A DNA stretch of 44,385 bases. Source: an uncultured bacterium (GTDB lineage: Bacteria > B130-G9). The notes under the pieces were generated by a model that was not told where the DNA came from, searched no databases, and saw only the letters and a program-made list of their open reading frames with translations. The translations under genes were made by a program, and so were the position numbers. Positions 1 to 10,250 of this stretch are shown here, one piece after another (within the stretch, counting starts at the first letter, position 1; each line of letters starts with the position of its first letter). The DNA is taken from contig CBDVDH010000030.1 in NCBI GenBank assembly GCA_965372715.1, positions 1 to 44,385 on the forward strand. The letters run 5' to 3'.

Positions 1-165
1 CATGTAGGCGGGCGGGTCTGAGACACCGCCCCTACAGGCCGATTCCGACAATCGCGTCGCATAAGAAAACCGCCGCGTCGATCTTGACAATCGGCCGTAT
101 TCCCTGTATCGTTGTTGTCTGAATGGACAACGAAATCCTCGCCAATCGAATTATGACCCAGCCTC
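1..165 (+). mobile_element. MITE-like element family A, copy 1 (5'-truncated by the window edge)
   Basis: Aligns without gaps over 165 bp to 13546-13710. Ends in TIR TTATGACCCAGCCTC and contains one REP-like unit GGGCGGGTCTGAGACACCGCCCCTAC. Confidence 0.85.
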
Positions 166-438
166 TTCCAGCCTGCCATTATTGAATGCGCCGCCGGCAA
201 AACGTCCCGCTCTGACAGATAGTTCATCCTCGCTGCTCGCGTCTTTGCTGGGCGCTGCAAATGCGAGCGCTCGAAAATCGAGCTTGTGATTTTTCGCCTG
301 AGCTTCGATCGCTTAAATCACAGGTTTTCAAGCGCGCTCGATAAAGATGATCCGGCCTTCTAGGCGGTGATCGCCCTTCCATGCACCATTTTGTAGGAGC
401 AGGCCTTGTGTGGCTAGCCCATAAGTCGGCGTCGGGTC

Positions 439-511
439 GTAGGGGCGGTGCTTGCCCCGCCCTGTGTGCATTCGGCAGATCAGAGGAGGGTGCGGCAAGC
501 AGCACCCCTAC
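439..511. repeat. Inverted pair of GTAG-type REP-like palindromes (REPIN-like)
   Basis: GTAGGGGCGGTGCTTGCCCCGCCC (439-462) faces GGGTGCGGCAAGCAGCACCCCTAC (488-511). A further degenerate GTAG unit lies at about 393-420. Confidence 0.7.
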
Positions 512-634
512 ACGACTTCTGTTCCCTTCTACAGCCTAGATCTGAGCCCCGCGAATTGATTCGTGATCCAGTCTCCTGCTGCGATGGTATGATGTTATGG
601 CGTTACAATGCTGGACACGAGGATGATTCATTGA

Positions 635-2929
635 ATGCTTGAGGAAAGCTCGGTGGAAACAGCGAATGGTGCGGATAATCTGAGACCGGCTGGAGGACAA
701 CGCCGAAGTCACCTTGTCCTGCTTGCTCTTGTATTTCTGCTGCTTTCGGTAGTCTTCACTCGCGACGTCATTCTGTTCATCGCGGACAGCCCGCCTTGTG
801 GGGCAGGGGACTCAGTGACGTTCGCCTGGAACTTCTGGTGGGTTGCTGAACAGCTGAGTGAAGGTGAACTGTTCTTCAAGTGCGATTACGCGATGCTCCC
901 GTTCGGCATCCGGACGGTCTATCACACTGCTATCCCGCTACATTGTGCAGTCCTGGCCCCCATAACGTGGCTTTGGGGGCCGATCGTGTCCAGCAACCTA
1001 CATCTGATACTCTCGTTCGCGCTTGGGGGCTTCGGGATGGCGCTGCTCGTGAGGTTCGTTACCGGGTCTCATCTCGCCGGTCTTTGCGGCGGGATCGTCT
1101 TCGCCTTTTCGACGACGCACTGGTATCACGCGGCCGGACATTACAACCTCACCGCAACCGAGCTCTTGCCTTTTTGCCTCTTTTTCCTGCTCAAATGGAT
1201 GCAGAAACACAGGGCGGCGGATTTGGCGGCCGCATCCGGCTTGCTCGCTCTGAATCTCTACAATGACTACACTACGACGGTCGTTCTAGGGCTGTGCGCC
1301 ATGCCGCTCTTCGTGCTGGCGCTAGTTCGGACGTTGAGGCGCCGGAGGCTGAAGAGGACTCTCCTGTCAATTGCTGCCTCGTCCCTTGTGTTCGGCCTCA
1401 TTGCTCTTCCGCTGGGTTACTGCGCTCACGAGTTCTCATCGTTGTTCGATACAAACTGGGCAAGGGACCCTGGCCTTGCCGCGAGGACTTCCGCCGATCT
1501 GCTGAGCTACTTAGTCCCCGATGCCCATTCCTGGTATGCCATACAAAGCCTTCAACAGGGGTGGCTGGCCGGCTTGACTGGCGGCGAACTCGACCGCCCG
1601 CAGTTCTTCGGTGTGTTCGCCTTGGTTCTAGCGTGCCTGGGTGCAGGAATCCTTCACAACCGGGATCGAGCGCTTTTCTATTGTTTGCTGGCCGGGGCGC
1701 TCAGCTGTTTTGCCATCTCCCTCGGCCCCGAACCGAGGCTCTTGGGAACACAACTCATCCCAATTGCCCTGTCGCCTTTCAACGCTCTGACAGGTGTGCC
1801 ATTCCTCGATAACCTCAGAATCCCCGGCCGCTTCGGTCTCGGCGTGACCCTTGTTGGGGCAATTCTCGTGGGCATTGGCTCGGCATGGGTTCTCTCGAAG
1901 GTGAGAGGCAAGGAGACGACGACGATACTGCTCGTGTTGATTGCTGGGCTGCTTTTCGCGGAAAAGGTCCATAAGCCGATAGCAACGGGAAAGATCAGGA
2001 TACCTTCAGTTTACAAGGCGCTCGCGACGCTTTCACCGAAGCCAAAGGGTATCGTCATAACGCCGTTCCACATTTGGTCAGGTCAGGGCCTAACTGGCAG
2101 TTTCCCGTTCGTCGATCGCTGCATCATGCTTTTCTACCAGAGAGTTCATCAGACGCCGATGATTAACGGGTTCGCAGCCCGGATTCCTGAGGAGATCACG
2201 TCCTACTACAGGCAGGCGCCTCTGACATCCAGCCTGATGGCGCTTCAAACGGGACGCGGCATTGATGCGGAGCAGATACTGGCCGAGAGGGATTACGTGG
2301 AGCAGATTACGTATCTCTTCGGCGTGACGCACATCGTCTGTGACTATGGTGCGAGGTATTTTGGCTCTGGGCTGTGGATGAAGCGATACGTCGAGGACGT
2401 GCTTTGCGCAGAGCTCGTCCACAAAGACGCCACTGGACGGGTCTATAGGTTGCCATTTCCGGACGCTGCGCCAAACGAACTCACGATCACCCCGGACGAC
2501 GCCTCAGCGAGGCTTTATCTCATGGAGGGCTGGCACAAACCCGTAGTGCACGAGGGGCAAAAGCGACTCGTCTTCGATCCATGCCGTCCCACTGATGAGA
2601 CATCACGTCATTGCCGCGTCCGGGTGATCTTCAGAACCTCCGAGGCCACGAATGCGCTGCGATATTCATATCAATTCAGCCCCAGTTTTCCAGACCGGTT
2701 CAGGCAGACACGCTTCAGAATCGACCTCGACGGCATGACCGTCGGAGAGGTCGAACCAGCAGTCGATAGGAGCTTTTCAGTCGTAGGCGTCATCGAGTCT
2801 GACATGGAACCGGGGCTTCACTATTTGACCTTGACGCCGTGCACTGGCGGCTTCTCAGAGGCGCCCTCCCACCCATCCGGCCTTTCGAGGGGCGCGATGT
2901 TCATCGAAAAGATCGAGCTGAAGTGGTGA
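635..2929 (+). CDS. Multi-pass membrane protein, putative GT-C superfamily glycosyltransferase with soluble C-terminal domain
   Basis: 764 aa with many hydrophobic helices. N-terminal 'GAGDSVTFAWNFWW' loop, 'SADLLSYLVP' and 'LRIPGRFG' motifs resemble YfhO/ArnT-like GT-C proteins. Confidence 0.6.
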   Translation: MLEESSVETANGADNLRPAGGQRRSHLVLLALVFLLLSVVFTRDVILFIADSPPCGAGDSVTFAWNFWWVAEQLSEGELFFKCDYAMLPFGIRTVYHTAIPLHCAVLAPITWLWGPIVSSNLHLILSFALGGFGMALLVRFVTGSHLAGLCGGIVFAFSTTHWYHAAGHYNLTATELLPFCLFFLLKWMQKHRAADLAAASGLLALNLYNDYTTTVVLGLCAMPLFVLALVRTLRRRRLKRTLLSIAASSLVFGLIALPLGYCAHEFSSLFDTNWARDPGLAARTSADLLSYLVPDAHSWYAIQSLQQGWLAGLTGGELDRPQFFGVFALVLACLGAGILHNRDRALFYCLLAGALSCFAISLGPEPRLLGTQLIPIALSPFNALTGVPFLDNLRIPGRFGLGVTLVGAILVGIGSAWVLSKVRGKETTTILLVLIAGLLFAEKVHKPIATGKIRIPSVYKALATLSPKPKGIVITPFHIWSGQGLTGSFPFVDRCIMLFYQRVHQTPMINGFAARIPEEITSYYRQAPLTSSLMALQTGRGIDAEQILAERDYVEQITYLFGVTHIVCDYGARYFGSGLWMKRYVEDVLCAELVHKDATGRVYRLPFPDAAPNELTITPDDASARLYLMEGWHKPVVHEGQKRLVFDPCRPTDETSRHCRVRVIFRTSEATNALRYSYQFSPSFPDRFRQTRFRIDLDGMTVGEVEPAVDRSFSVVGVIESDMEPGLHYLTLTPCTGGFSEAPSHPSGLSRGAMFIEKIELKW

Positions 2930-3080
2930 GGCACGCAGCAGGGCTGGTGGGCCTGGGTCATAATCGGTTGGGCGTTTTGTGGAAACTCCTCCCAACATCA
3001 TGGTTGCGAGGGCGACCATAATGATGTACATTCCTTATCTGTCTGATTGACAAGGTGAAACTGCTTAGAGGCGGATAGAA

Positions 3081-5567
3081 ATGGGAACGGAAATGGGTGT
3101 CAGGGCGCAGCTGGTTATACAACGCGACATAACTGAGGAAATGAAGACCGCGTATCTCGAGTACGCGATGAGTGTTATCGTCGCACGCGCCCTGCCGGAC
3201 GTTTGTGACGGTCTCAAGCCAGTTCAGCGCCGGATACTCTACGCGATGAAGGACTTGGGGCTTGCGTATAATCGGCCCTACAAGAAGTGCGCCAGGATCG
3301 TCGGCGACACGATGGGAAAGTATCATCCGCACGGCAACGATGCGATTTACAACGCTCTAGTGCGGATGGTTCAGGACTTTTCGCTTAGGTATCCGCTCAT
3401 TGACGGACAGGGGAACTACGGCTCGGTTGACGACGACCCACCCGCGGCGATGCGTTATACCGAGGCGCGGCTGGACCGGATCTCGGACGAGATGCTAGCG
3501 GACATCGAGAAGGATGTAGTGCCTTTTGCCCCGAATTACGACAGCACAACGACGGAGCCGACCGTATTGCCGGCAAGGGTCCCGAACCTTCTGATCAACG
3601 GCTCAAGCGGCATCGCGGTGGGGATGGCGACCCAGATTCCGCCTCATAACCTCTCGGAGGTTGTTGATGGGTTGATACGGCTGATTGAGCATCCAAGTGT
3701 GACGGTCTTGGAGCTCATGGACACGATTCGGGGACCTGATTTCCCGACCGCTGCGTTCATCCTTGGGCGTTCTGGCATCAAGCAGGCGTATGAGACGGGG
3801 CACGGGCAGGTGATCATGCGCGCCAAAGCAGCGTTTGAGAGCTTCGGGCCAAAGGATAACAGAACGAGGATCATCATAACTGAGCTGCCGTATCAGCGGC
3901 AGAAGAATGTAATCGTCGCGTCGATTGCGGAGCTAGTCCATCAAAAGCGAGTTGAGGGCATAGCGGACATAAGGGACGAGTCGGACCGACATGGGATGCG
4001 CATCGTAGTTGACCTCAAGCGGGATGCGCAGGAGGAGGTCATACTCCGGCAGCTGTATAAGCACACGGCTCTTCAGGACTCTTTCAACGTCAACATGCTG
4101 GCGCTCGTGCACGGGCAGCCTCGGCTTCTTAACCTGAAGCAGATGCTTCACGCATTTGTCGAGTTTCGGCAGATGGTGGTTCAGCGCAGGTGCGAGTTTG
4201 AGCTCAAGAAAGCGGAGGCGAGGGCGCACATTCTCGAGGGCCTCAAGATTGCTCTCGATAACCTTGACGCCGTGATCTCAACGATCCGTGAGTCAGCGAC
4301 GGTCGAGCAGGCGCAGGGCCAACTGATGACTCGGTTTGCTCTGACGGCCATTCAGGCAAAGGCCATTCTCGACATGCGCCTCCAGCATCTGACGAAGCTG
4401 GAGCAGAAGAAGCTCGACGAAGAATACGCAGAGCTGAAGGAACAGATCGGGCATTTGCAGGAGGTTCTCTCGGACGAGAAGCTGGTCATGGGGATAGTGA
4501 AGGACGAGCTAGGCGAGGTCAAGAAGAAATATGGCGACGAGCGCCGTACCGAGATAGTCGCGGCGGCGGAGGCCGTAACGGACGAGGCGCTGATCCCTGT
4601 TGAGGAGATGCTTGTAACATCGACGAGGTCGGGCTACATCAAGCGAACTCCGCTGTCACTGTTCACTGCGCAGCGCCGCTCGGGTCAAGGCTCCTACGGG
4701 ATGGCCACGAAGGATGAGGACTTCATCGAGACGATCTTCGCGACGATGACACACGACTGGGTCATGTTCTTCACGGACCGGGGCAGGGTCCATCTTTTGA
4801 AGGTCTATAATCTGCCAAGCGGCGAGAAACACACCAAGGGGCGAGCGATCAGGAACCTATTGAACCTCATGCCGGAAGAGACGATACGGACGCTTTTGCC
4901 GGTCAGGAATCTCGACTTCGACGGCGAGCAGTTCCTGTTGATGGCCACCCAACGGGGCCAGGTCAAGAAGAGTCCGATTTCGGCGTTCAGAAACATTAGG
5001 TCCAACGGAATCATCGCCATTGGCCTCAATGAGGGAGACAGTTTAGTCTCGGCGAGCCTGACGGCGGGCGACCAGGACGTTTTTCTGGGCACCCGAGGTG
5101 GCAATTCGATACGGTTTGATGAGCAGCAGGTCCGCCCGATGGGCCGCTCTGCGCGAGGCGTCAGAGGCATAAAGCTCCGCGAGGGCGATGAGGTGATCGG
5201 GATGGAGGTCCTCTCCGCGACCGCGACGATTCTTACGGTGACAGAGAACGGCTACGGGAAGAGAAGCCGCGCGTCCGATTATAGGCCGCAAAACCGCGGC
5301 GGTTATGGATTGATAAACATCAGGTGCAGAAAGAAAAACGGCAGGGTGGTTGGTTTAGTTCAGGTCAACGACGGCGATGAAGTCATAATGATTACCCACA
5401 ATGGGAAGACGTTGAGATTCAAGCTTGAAAGACGGAGCGTTCGGATAACGGGTAGAGCAACGATGGGCGTGAAGCTGCAATCTCTGCTTGAAGACGATAA
5501 GGTTGCATCAGTTTCGGTGATACGCAAAGAATACGCAGATCAGAAAGGCAACAATTCAAAGGGCTAA
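3081..5567 (+). CDS. gyrA: DNA gyrase subunit A
   Basis: [23 protein letters not shown], catalytic [11 protein letters not shown]-terminal beta-pinwheel repeats and a GyrA-box variant QRRSGQG. Confidence 0.93.
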   Translation: MGTEMGVRAQLVIQRDITEEMKTAYLEYAMSVIVARALPDVCDGLKPVQRRILYAMKDLGLAYNRPYKKCARIVGDTMGKYHPHGNDAIYNALVRMVQDFSLRYPLIDGQGNYGSVDDDPPAAMRYTEARLDRISDEMLADIEKDVVPFAPNYDSTTTEPTVLPARVPNLLINGSSGIAVGMATQIPPHNLSEVVDGLIRLIEHPSVTVLELMDTIRGPDFPTAAFILGRSGIKQAYETGHGQVIMRAKAAFESFGPKDNRTRIIITELPYQRQKNVIVASIAELVHQKRVEGIADIRDESDRHGMRIVVDLKRDAQEEVILRQLYKHTALQDSFNVNMLALVHGQPRLLNLKQMLHAFVEFRQMVVQRRCEFELKKAEARAHILEGLKIALDNLDAVISTIRESATVEQAQGQLMTRFALTAIQAKAILDMRLQHLTKLEQKKLDEEYAELKEQIGHLQEVLSDEKLVMGIVKDELGEVKKKYGDERRTEIVAAAEAVTDEALIPVEEMLVTSTRSGYIKRTPLSLFTAQRRSGQGSYGMATKDEDFIETIFATMTHDWVMFFTDRGRVHLLKVYNLPSGEKHTKGRAIRNLLNLMPEETIRTLLPVRNLDFDGEQFLLMATQRGQVKKSPISAFRNIRSNGIIAIGLNEGDSLVSASLTAGDQDVFLGTRGGNSIRFDEQQVRPMGRSARGVRGIKLREGDEVIGMEVLSATATILTVTENGYGKRSRASDYRPQNRGGYGLINIRCRKKNGRVVGLVQVNDGDEVIMITHNGKTLRFKLERRSVRITGRATMGVKLQSLLEDDKVASVSVIRKEYADQKGNNSKG

Positions 5568-5579
5568 CAGGAGGCGAAG

Positions 5580-5939
5580 ATGGCTGAGGTGAACTCAGAA
5601 CAAGAAAAGAAGGTTTACACCCAGACTTTTCTAGGGCTGGTTCAGTCGCTGGCAGCGGCGGGGATGGCTCAGCTCGGCAAGATGGCCAATCCGGTCACTG
5701 GCAAGGTGGAAAGAGACCTCGAGCAGGCGCAGTCCTCAATAGCTATGCTTGAGATGCTGAAGAAGAAGACTGAGGGCAATCTCGACAAGGACGAGGCGAC
5801 AGTTCTGGACACTGTCCTTACGAATCTTCGACTCAATTTCGTTGAGGAAGCGAAAAAGGACCAGTCATCAAAAGGTCAAGAGACTGAAAAGGACCAGGAA
5901 GCAGCCAAAGAGAAGGATGACACGTCAGAACAGGGATAA
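5580..5939 (+). CDS. DUF1844-like conserved hypothetical protein
   Basis: 'F..LV.SL...M.QLG...NP.TGK...DLEQA..SI.MLEMLK.KTEGNL..DE' pattern; GGAGG RBS upstream. Confidence 0.75.
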   Translation: MAEVNSEQEKKVYTQTFLGLVQSLAAAGMAQLGKMANPVTGKVERDLEQAQSSIAMLEMLKKKTEGNLDKDEATVLDTVLTNLRLNFVEEAKKDQSSKGQETEKDQEAAKEKDDTSEQG

Positions 5940-6852
5940 CGCCTGGCAGGCCCTGACTCTTCTTCTGACGACCGCCATCCGCGCCATCCGTCTTACCCCA
6001 ATACAGTTCTCTCTGAGCGCGCTCTCACTCGCCGTTTTCGCTTTCATGTTCTCATTTGTTGTCGCCACATCTCACACCGATGCGCGACTGGCCGGAGAGC
6101 TCGCCGGCGCTAATCGTATGACGGTTTATGTGCCGGGCGGTCTTGAGCAGAAGCAGACTGACGATCTTGTCGCTTGGGCCAAGTCGCGGGTTTTTGTTCA
6201 GGATGTTGAGCAGAAACCGTTTGATTCGTATTTCTCGGACCTGTGCGCTTCGCTGGGTCTGGACGCGGATGTCTTCGGCGAAGTTCCTTCAGACGCCGTC
6301 CCAAGAGTCTTGGTCGTGATTCTCGATTCCAACGAGGTTTCTCGCGACCGGCTCAGGCAGTTCATAACCGAGTTAAGGGCGCGATCTGATGTGCTTGACG
6401 TCCATTTTGGTGGGGACGCACTCCTGAGCTTGTCCGAGCTCGTCCGTCGTTTCAAGAGGTTGGTATGCGCGCTGCTTTCGGTCTGTTGTTTGCTCGTCGT
6501 CGTTTCGCTGTTCTCAGCCAGCAGATCGGTGGTCCAGGCCAACGACGACGCGATAGGTATAATGAAGCTTGCCGGCGCCAGCGCAACGACGCTTGCTGGG
6601 CCCTTTGTCTGCTATGGGGCATTGCTATGGGGGACCGGCGTGGCTCTGGCTTTCATCCTGTGGCACGCTTTCTTCCCCATCAGAGCTATCCGCGTTGAGG
6701 GCTTCATCGCACAGCTCCAGGGCCTGGGCGCCCCGCAGCTGAATGTGTTGGATGTCGCGCTTGTTGGGTTGACGTCCGCTGCCCTGTCTATTGTCCCGCT
6801 TCTTATTGCCCACCGATCAAAGCTCCGGGCAACGGATGTATTCTCCTGCTGA
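5917..6852 (+). CDS. ftsX: FtsX-like cell division permease
   Basis: TM1, large periplasmic loop, then three TMs; 'IGIMKLAGAS....AGPFVCYG' FtsX motif; followed by an envC-like gene. Start moved to ATG 5917. Confidence 0.7.
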   Translation: MTRQNRDNAWQALTLLLTTAIRAIRLTPIQFSLSALSLAVFAFMFSFVVATSHTDARLAGELAGANRMTVYVPGGLEQKQTDDLVAWAKSRVFVQDVEQKPFDSYFSDLCASLGLDADVFGEVPSDAVPRVLVVILDSNEVSRDRLRQFITELRARSDVLDVHFGGDALLSLSELVRRFKRLVCALLSVCCLLVVVSLFSASRSVVQANDDAIGIMKLAGASATTLAGPFVCYGALLWGTGVALAFILWHAFFPIRAIRVEGFIAQLQGLGAPQLNVLDVALVGLTSAALSIVPLLIAHRSKLRATDVFSC

Positions 6853-6856
6853 ACGG

Positions 6857-8086
6857 ATGGTCAGGTCCAGACCGCGCACCTGGCACGGACCCTGCGTCAG
6901 GAGCATAGCTGCTTTCATCGGCATAGTCCTCTTGCCGCTGTGCACTGGATTCGCAGTTGGCGACTGGCAGAATGCCGATTCAGACTTTGAACAGAACCTA
7001 GTGCGGGAAGACCTCGAGAATTGCTTAAAGAGCTACATTTCCGCCGCTAAACGGGCAGAGATACTTGAGTGCCCGGGCGCCCTCGGCGCCTCATTCTCGA
7101 AGAATTGGGCTGAGTTCATAAAGTCGGACCTGATATTCCTTGAACACCAGACCAAGTATCTAATCCTTTCTGTAGATCTACAGACAAAAAACCGAGGCAT
7201 GGATGAGATTATTACACTTCTGGCCGAGACAAGGTCCCGAATTGAGACGCTGCGGGGGATCGCGTTTCGGTTCGCCTCGAGATGCCCCGCTTGCGCCGCA
7301 CACCTGACCCCATTGTTGAAGGGCGACTTGTCTTCGAGCGAGTCGCCGAAAGGGGAGTTCAGGTGTCTCACAAGGTCGCTCCTTACGAATCTCTCAAAGA
7401 GTTTGGCTGAGGCGCACTTAACGCAAGGTCAGTTGCGAGCTCGTCAACAGGATGCCCTTGCGAGCCTGGCGCAGATGCGATCTGACCTTGCGGCGGAGAA
7501 GGAGCAGCTCGACGAGGCGCGGTCCAGCAAGCAAAGAGCGTTGGCTTGCCTCAATTCAGGTCCAGACGCTGAGAAGGCGGTCCCGGCGGTACTCAGCCAC
7601 TGCCGGAAGAGGCTGCTCACTGCGATCAGGGACGGCGAGGCGGCTGGAACACGGAGGACATACGGAAAACTACCCAGGCGTTTCGCACCTCCCGTTTCAG
7701 CCGACGTAGCTCTGCGAGCTGCTATGGCGAAGTCTGCTACCTCAACGACTCATGACGTATCCTCCGCTGAATGCAATCTCGAACCAACGCTGTCCGTGGC
7801 GCCGCGCTCTTTAGTTTGCTCTGTTGCAGAAGGCGGCGTCGTTTTATCGGAATACATCCCGGGCTTTGGCCTGACGATTGTGCTTCGGCACGGACAGAGG
7901 GACGTGGCCGTATTCTCGCACCTGGCCGCGTCGTTCGTGTGGCCTGGCGATCGAGTGAAGTCCGGGCAGAAGATAGGGCTTTCAGGTGAGAGCGGAGTGG
8001 CAGAGCGCCCGTCCCTGCTGTTTGCGCTCGTGAAAGAAGGCAAGTTCAGAGACCCACGTCCTCGCATCGACTGGCGGGAGCCATAG
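6857..8086 (+). CDS. EnvC-like murein hydrolase activator (coiled coil plus degenerate M23/LytM domain)
   Basis: Signal-like N-terminus, coiled coil, C-terminal 'GFGLTIVLRHG...FSHL....V.PGDRVKSGQKIG.SG'. The HxH Zn motif is replaced by 'PSLLF', as in EnvC. Start uncertain. Confidence 0.7.
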   Translation: MVRSRPRTWHGPCVRSIAAFIGIVLLPLCTGFAVGDWQNADSDFEQNLVREDLENCLKSYISAAKRAEILECPGALGASFSKNWAEFIKSDLIFLEHQTKYLILSVDLQTKNRGMDEIITLLAETRSRIETLRGIAFRFASRCPACAAHLTPLLKGDLSSSESPKGEFRCLTRSLLTNLSKSLAEAHLTQGQLRARQQDALASLAQMRSDLAAEKEQLDEARSSKQRALACLNSGPDAEKAVPAVLSHCRKRLLTAIRDGEAAGTRRTYGKLPRRFAPPVSADVALRAAMAKSATSTTHDVSSAECNLEPTLSVAPRSLVCSVAEGGVVLSEYIPGFGLTIVLRHGQRDVAVFSHLAASFVWPGDRVKSGQKIGLSGESGVAERPSLLFALVKEGKFRDPRPRIDWREP

Positions 8087-8128
8087 GTTCACGGGCATTG
8101 ACTGGGTGGGACAACCGGGAGATGGTTC

Positions 8129-9049
8129 TTACCGGCGGACGAGGCTGCGAGCGAACCTCTCGAAGAGGGCCCTGTTGAGTTTGCCCGATTCTACCTCGGC
8201 TTTCATCAGACTGAGCGCCTTGAGGGGCGCCATCGCGCTTCTATAAGGTCTGTCGTCATTTGTTATTGCCTCGTAGCAATCAACCATCCCTACTGTCTGG
8301 CCGACAAGGGAGACGGCGGTGATGCCCCTCGGATAACCGCCTCCGTCCAACTTCTCATGGTGTTCGCGAGCACCCTCGAACACTGCCTCCTGCGCAAAGT
8401 CGCACCTCTTCAGTATCTCGTATCCTAACGTGGGGTGCTTCTTTATTTCCGCGAATTCCGCGTCTGTAAGCGTCCGGCTGGCGGTAAGGATCTTTGGATC
8501 GATCTTCGTCTTGCCGACATCGTGCAAAAGCGCCCCAAGCCCCATTGCTCTGCTGTTGTCCAACGAATAATTGCTGTGAAGGCAGTAGCCCAGCGTTATA
8601 GCCATGACGTTCACAGAGTGCACTGCCGTCGTGTAATCTTTGAAATAGACATCGGCCAAGGCCAGCAAGACGTTCGGCTGAGTAGCTAATTCAGCGGTCA
8701 AGATATCCACGGTCTCGGCAACTCCCTCCAGGCTGCCCGACCTCGGCTCCCTCAGTGTCTCTTCGACCACAGCAACGAGGACCTCCTTCATCTTCGTCGT
8801 GTCCTGCGATTTGATACACTGTTTCAGGTCTTGATTAAAGGACTTCTGAAGCTCTCTGATGCCTTGCAGTTTGTCCTCTGCCCTGAGGAACAGCTCCGAC
8901 GGGAACTTCCCTGTCTTGACCCGCATATCTTGAAGCGACATGCCCTCCGGCTTGTAGAGAACGAACTCTCCTCCCTCTGTTCTGATATAGAGGGGAATCC
9001 TGTAGCGGCCCATTTGCGATTTTCTCGCTCGAATCATCTCTTCAGACAT
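8129..9049 (-). CDS. HD-GYP domain phosphodiesterase (cyclic dinucleotide)
   Basis: HSVNV, LLHDVGK, HHEKLDGGGYP and DRPYR motifs; start at ATG 9049 behind a GGAGGAG RBS. Confidence 0.88.
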   Translation of the reverse strand: MSEEMIRARKSQMGRYRIPLYIRTEGGEFVLYKPEGMSLQDMRVKTGKFPSELFLRAEDKLQGIRELQKSFNQDLKQCIKSQDTTKMKEVLVAVVEETLREPRSGSLEGVAETVDILTAELATQPNVLLALADVYFKDYTTAVHSVNVMAITLGYCLHSNYSLDNSRAMGLGALLHDVGKTKIDPKILTASRTLTDAEFAEIKKHPTLGYEILKRCDFAQEAVFEGAREHHEKLDGGGYPRGITAVSLVGQTVGMVDCYEAITNDDRPYRSAMAPLKALSLMKAEVESGKLNRALFERFARSLVRR

Positions 9050-9209
9050 ACCGCTCCTCCGCGTCAAGAATACGTCAAAACATATCAGTCTAACTATATC
9101 AAATCGAAACGGAGAACAAGAGCGATTCGTGTCATAGAAACAACCTACCTTTATATTAGCTCTGCTGTACCAACGCATCGACTGAGCAGTGCGCAGTCCT
9201 CGTCAGCGA

Positions 9210-10244
9210 TCACAGGGCGAGGTTCGGCGTCGCGTCTAGGTCGAGGCCGGCGAATTGCCTTTTCTCAAGATGGTGAAACGCGGCGCCGGCGATCATTGCG
9301 GCGTTGTCGGTAGAAAGCGACTTTGGTGGGAATATGACTCGGAGTCCGGTCTTCTGAGCCGCTTCCGAGAAAGCCTTGCGCAGGGCGCCGTTTGCTGAAA
9401 CACCCCCGCCAAGCGCGAGAACAAAGACCCCTCTTGAGGCCGCAAGCCTCAACGTCTTTTGGATCAGCACCCGGAATACGGCTCTCTGGAAGCCGGCGCA
9501 TATCCTCTCGAGCAAGTCCGGCCCGATCCTGTCAGGGACCTCATCGGATGATGTTATCTGAAGATCGAACCTCAGGTAGTTCAGCACCGCGGTCTTGAGG
9601 CCAGAGAAACTGAAATCGTAGTTATCCTGCTTGATCATTGGGCTGGGGAATGTCACACAATCGCCGTCGGATTGGCTCGCAAGCGACTCGATTATCGGGC
9701 CGCCCGGATACCCCAGTGAGAGGGCCTTAGCAACCTTGTCAAAAGCCTCTCCTGCCGCGTCGTCAACCGTCCGGCCGACGAGCTCGTATGAACCCAGTTC
9801 CTTCACGACATAAAGACTAGTGTGCCCACCCGATACGACCAGTGAGACAAATGGGAAATCGTACTCAACACCCGTGACCATAAAGGGGGAATTGATGTGC
9901 CCCTCGATATGATTCAAGGGTATCAAGGGCAGGTCCCGCGAGTATGCGATCGCCTTTGCTGCGCCTATCCCAACAAGCAGCGCGCCGACTAAGCCCGGTC
10001 CGCGCGTGACGGCGACCGCGGAGAGATCGTCGAGCGTGCAGCCCGCGTCTGAAAGAGCCTTTCTGATAACCCAGATTATGTTCTCAACGTGCTTTCTACA
10101 AGCGATCTCCGGAACAACGCCGCCATATTCTGCATGATCGGCGGTCTGGGAGGAGACAACGTTGGAGAGGATTTCCTCGCCGTTTGAGACGACCGCGCAG
10201 GATGTATCGTCGCAGGATGTGTCTATGCCCAGGATGAGCGGCAA
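9210..10244 (-). CDS. tsaD: tRNA N6-adenosine threonylcarbamoyltransferase TsaD
   Basis: LGIDTSCDDT, GGVVPE, NHIEGH, SGGHT, FSFSGLKT, TDNAAMI. Confidence 0.97.
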   Translation of the reverse strand: MPLILGIDTSCDDTSCAVVSNGEEILSNVVSSQTADHAEYGGVVPEIACRKHVENIIWVIRKALSDAGCTLDDLSAVAVTRGPGLVGALLVGIGAAKAIAYSRDLPLIPLNHIEGHINSPFMVTGVEYDFPFVSLVVSGGHTSLYVVKELGSYELVGRTVDDAAGEAFDKVAKALSLGYPGGPIIESLASQSDGDCVTFPSPMIKQDNYDFSFSGLKTAVLNYLRFDLQITSSDEVPDRIGPDLLERICAGFQRAVFRVLIQKTLRLAASRGVFVLALGGGVSANGALRKAFSEAAQKTGLRVIFPPKSLSTDNAAMIAGAAFHHLEKRQFAGLDLDATPNLAL

Positions 10245-10250
10245 CGTGGT

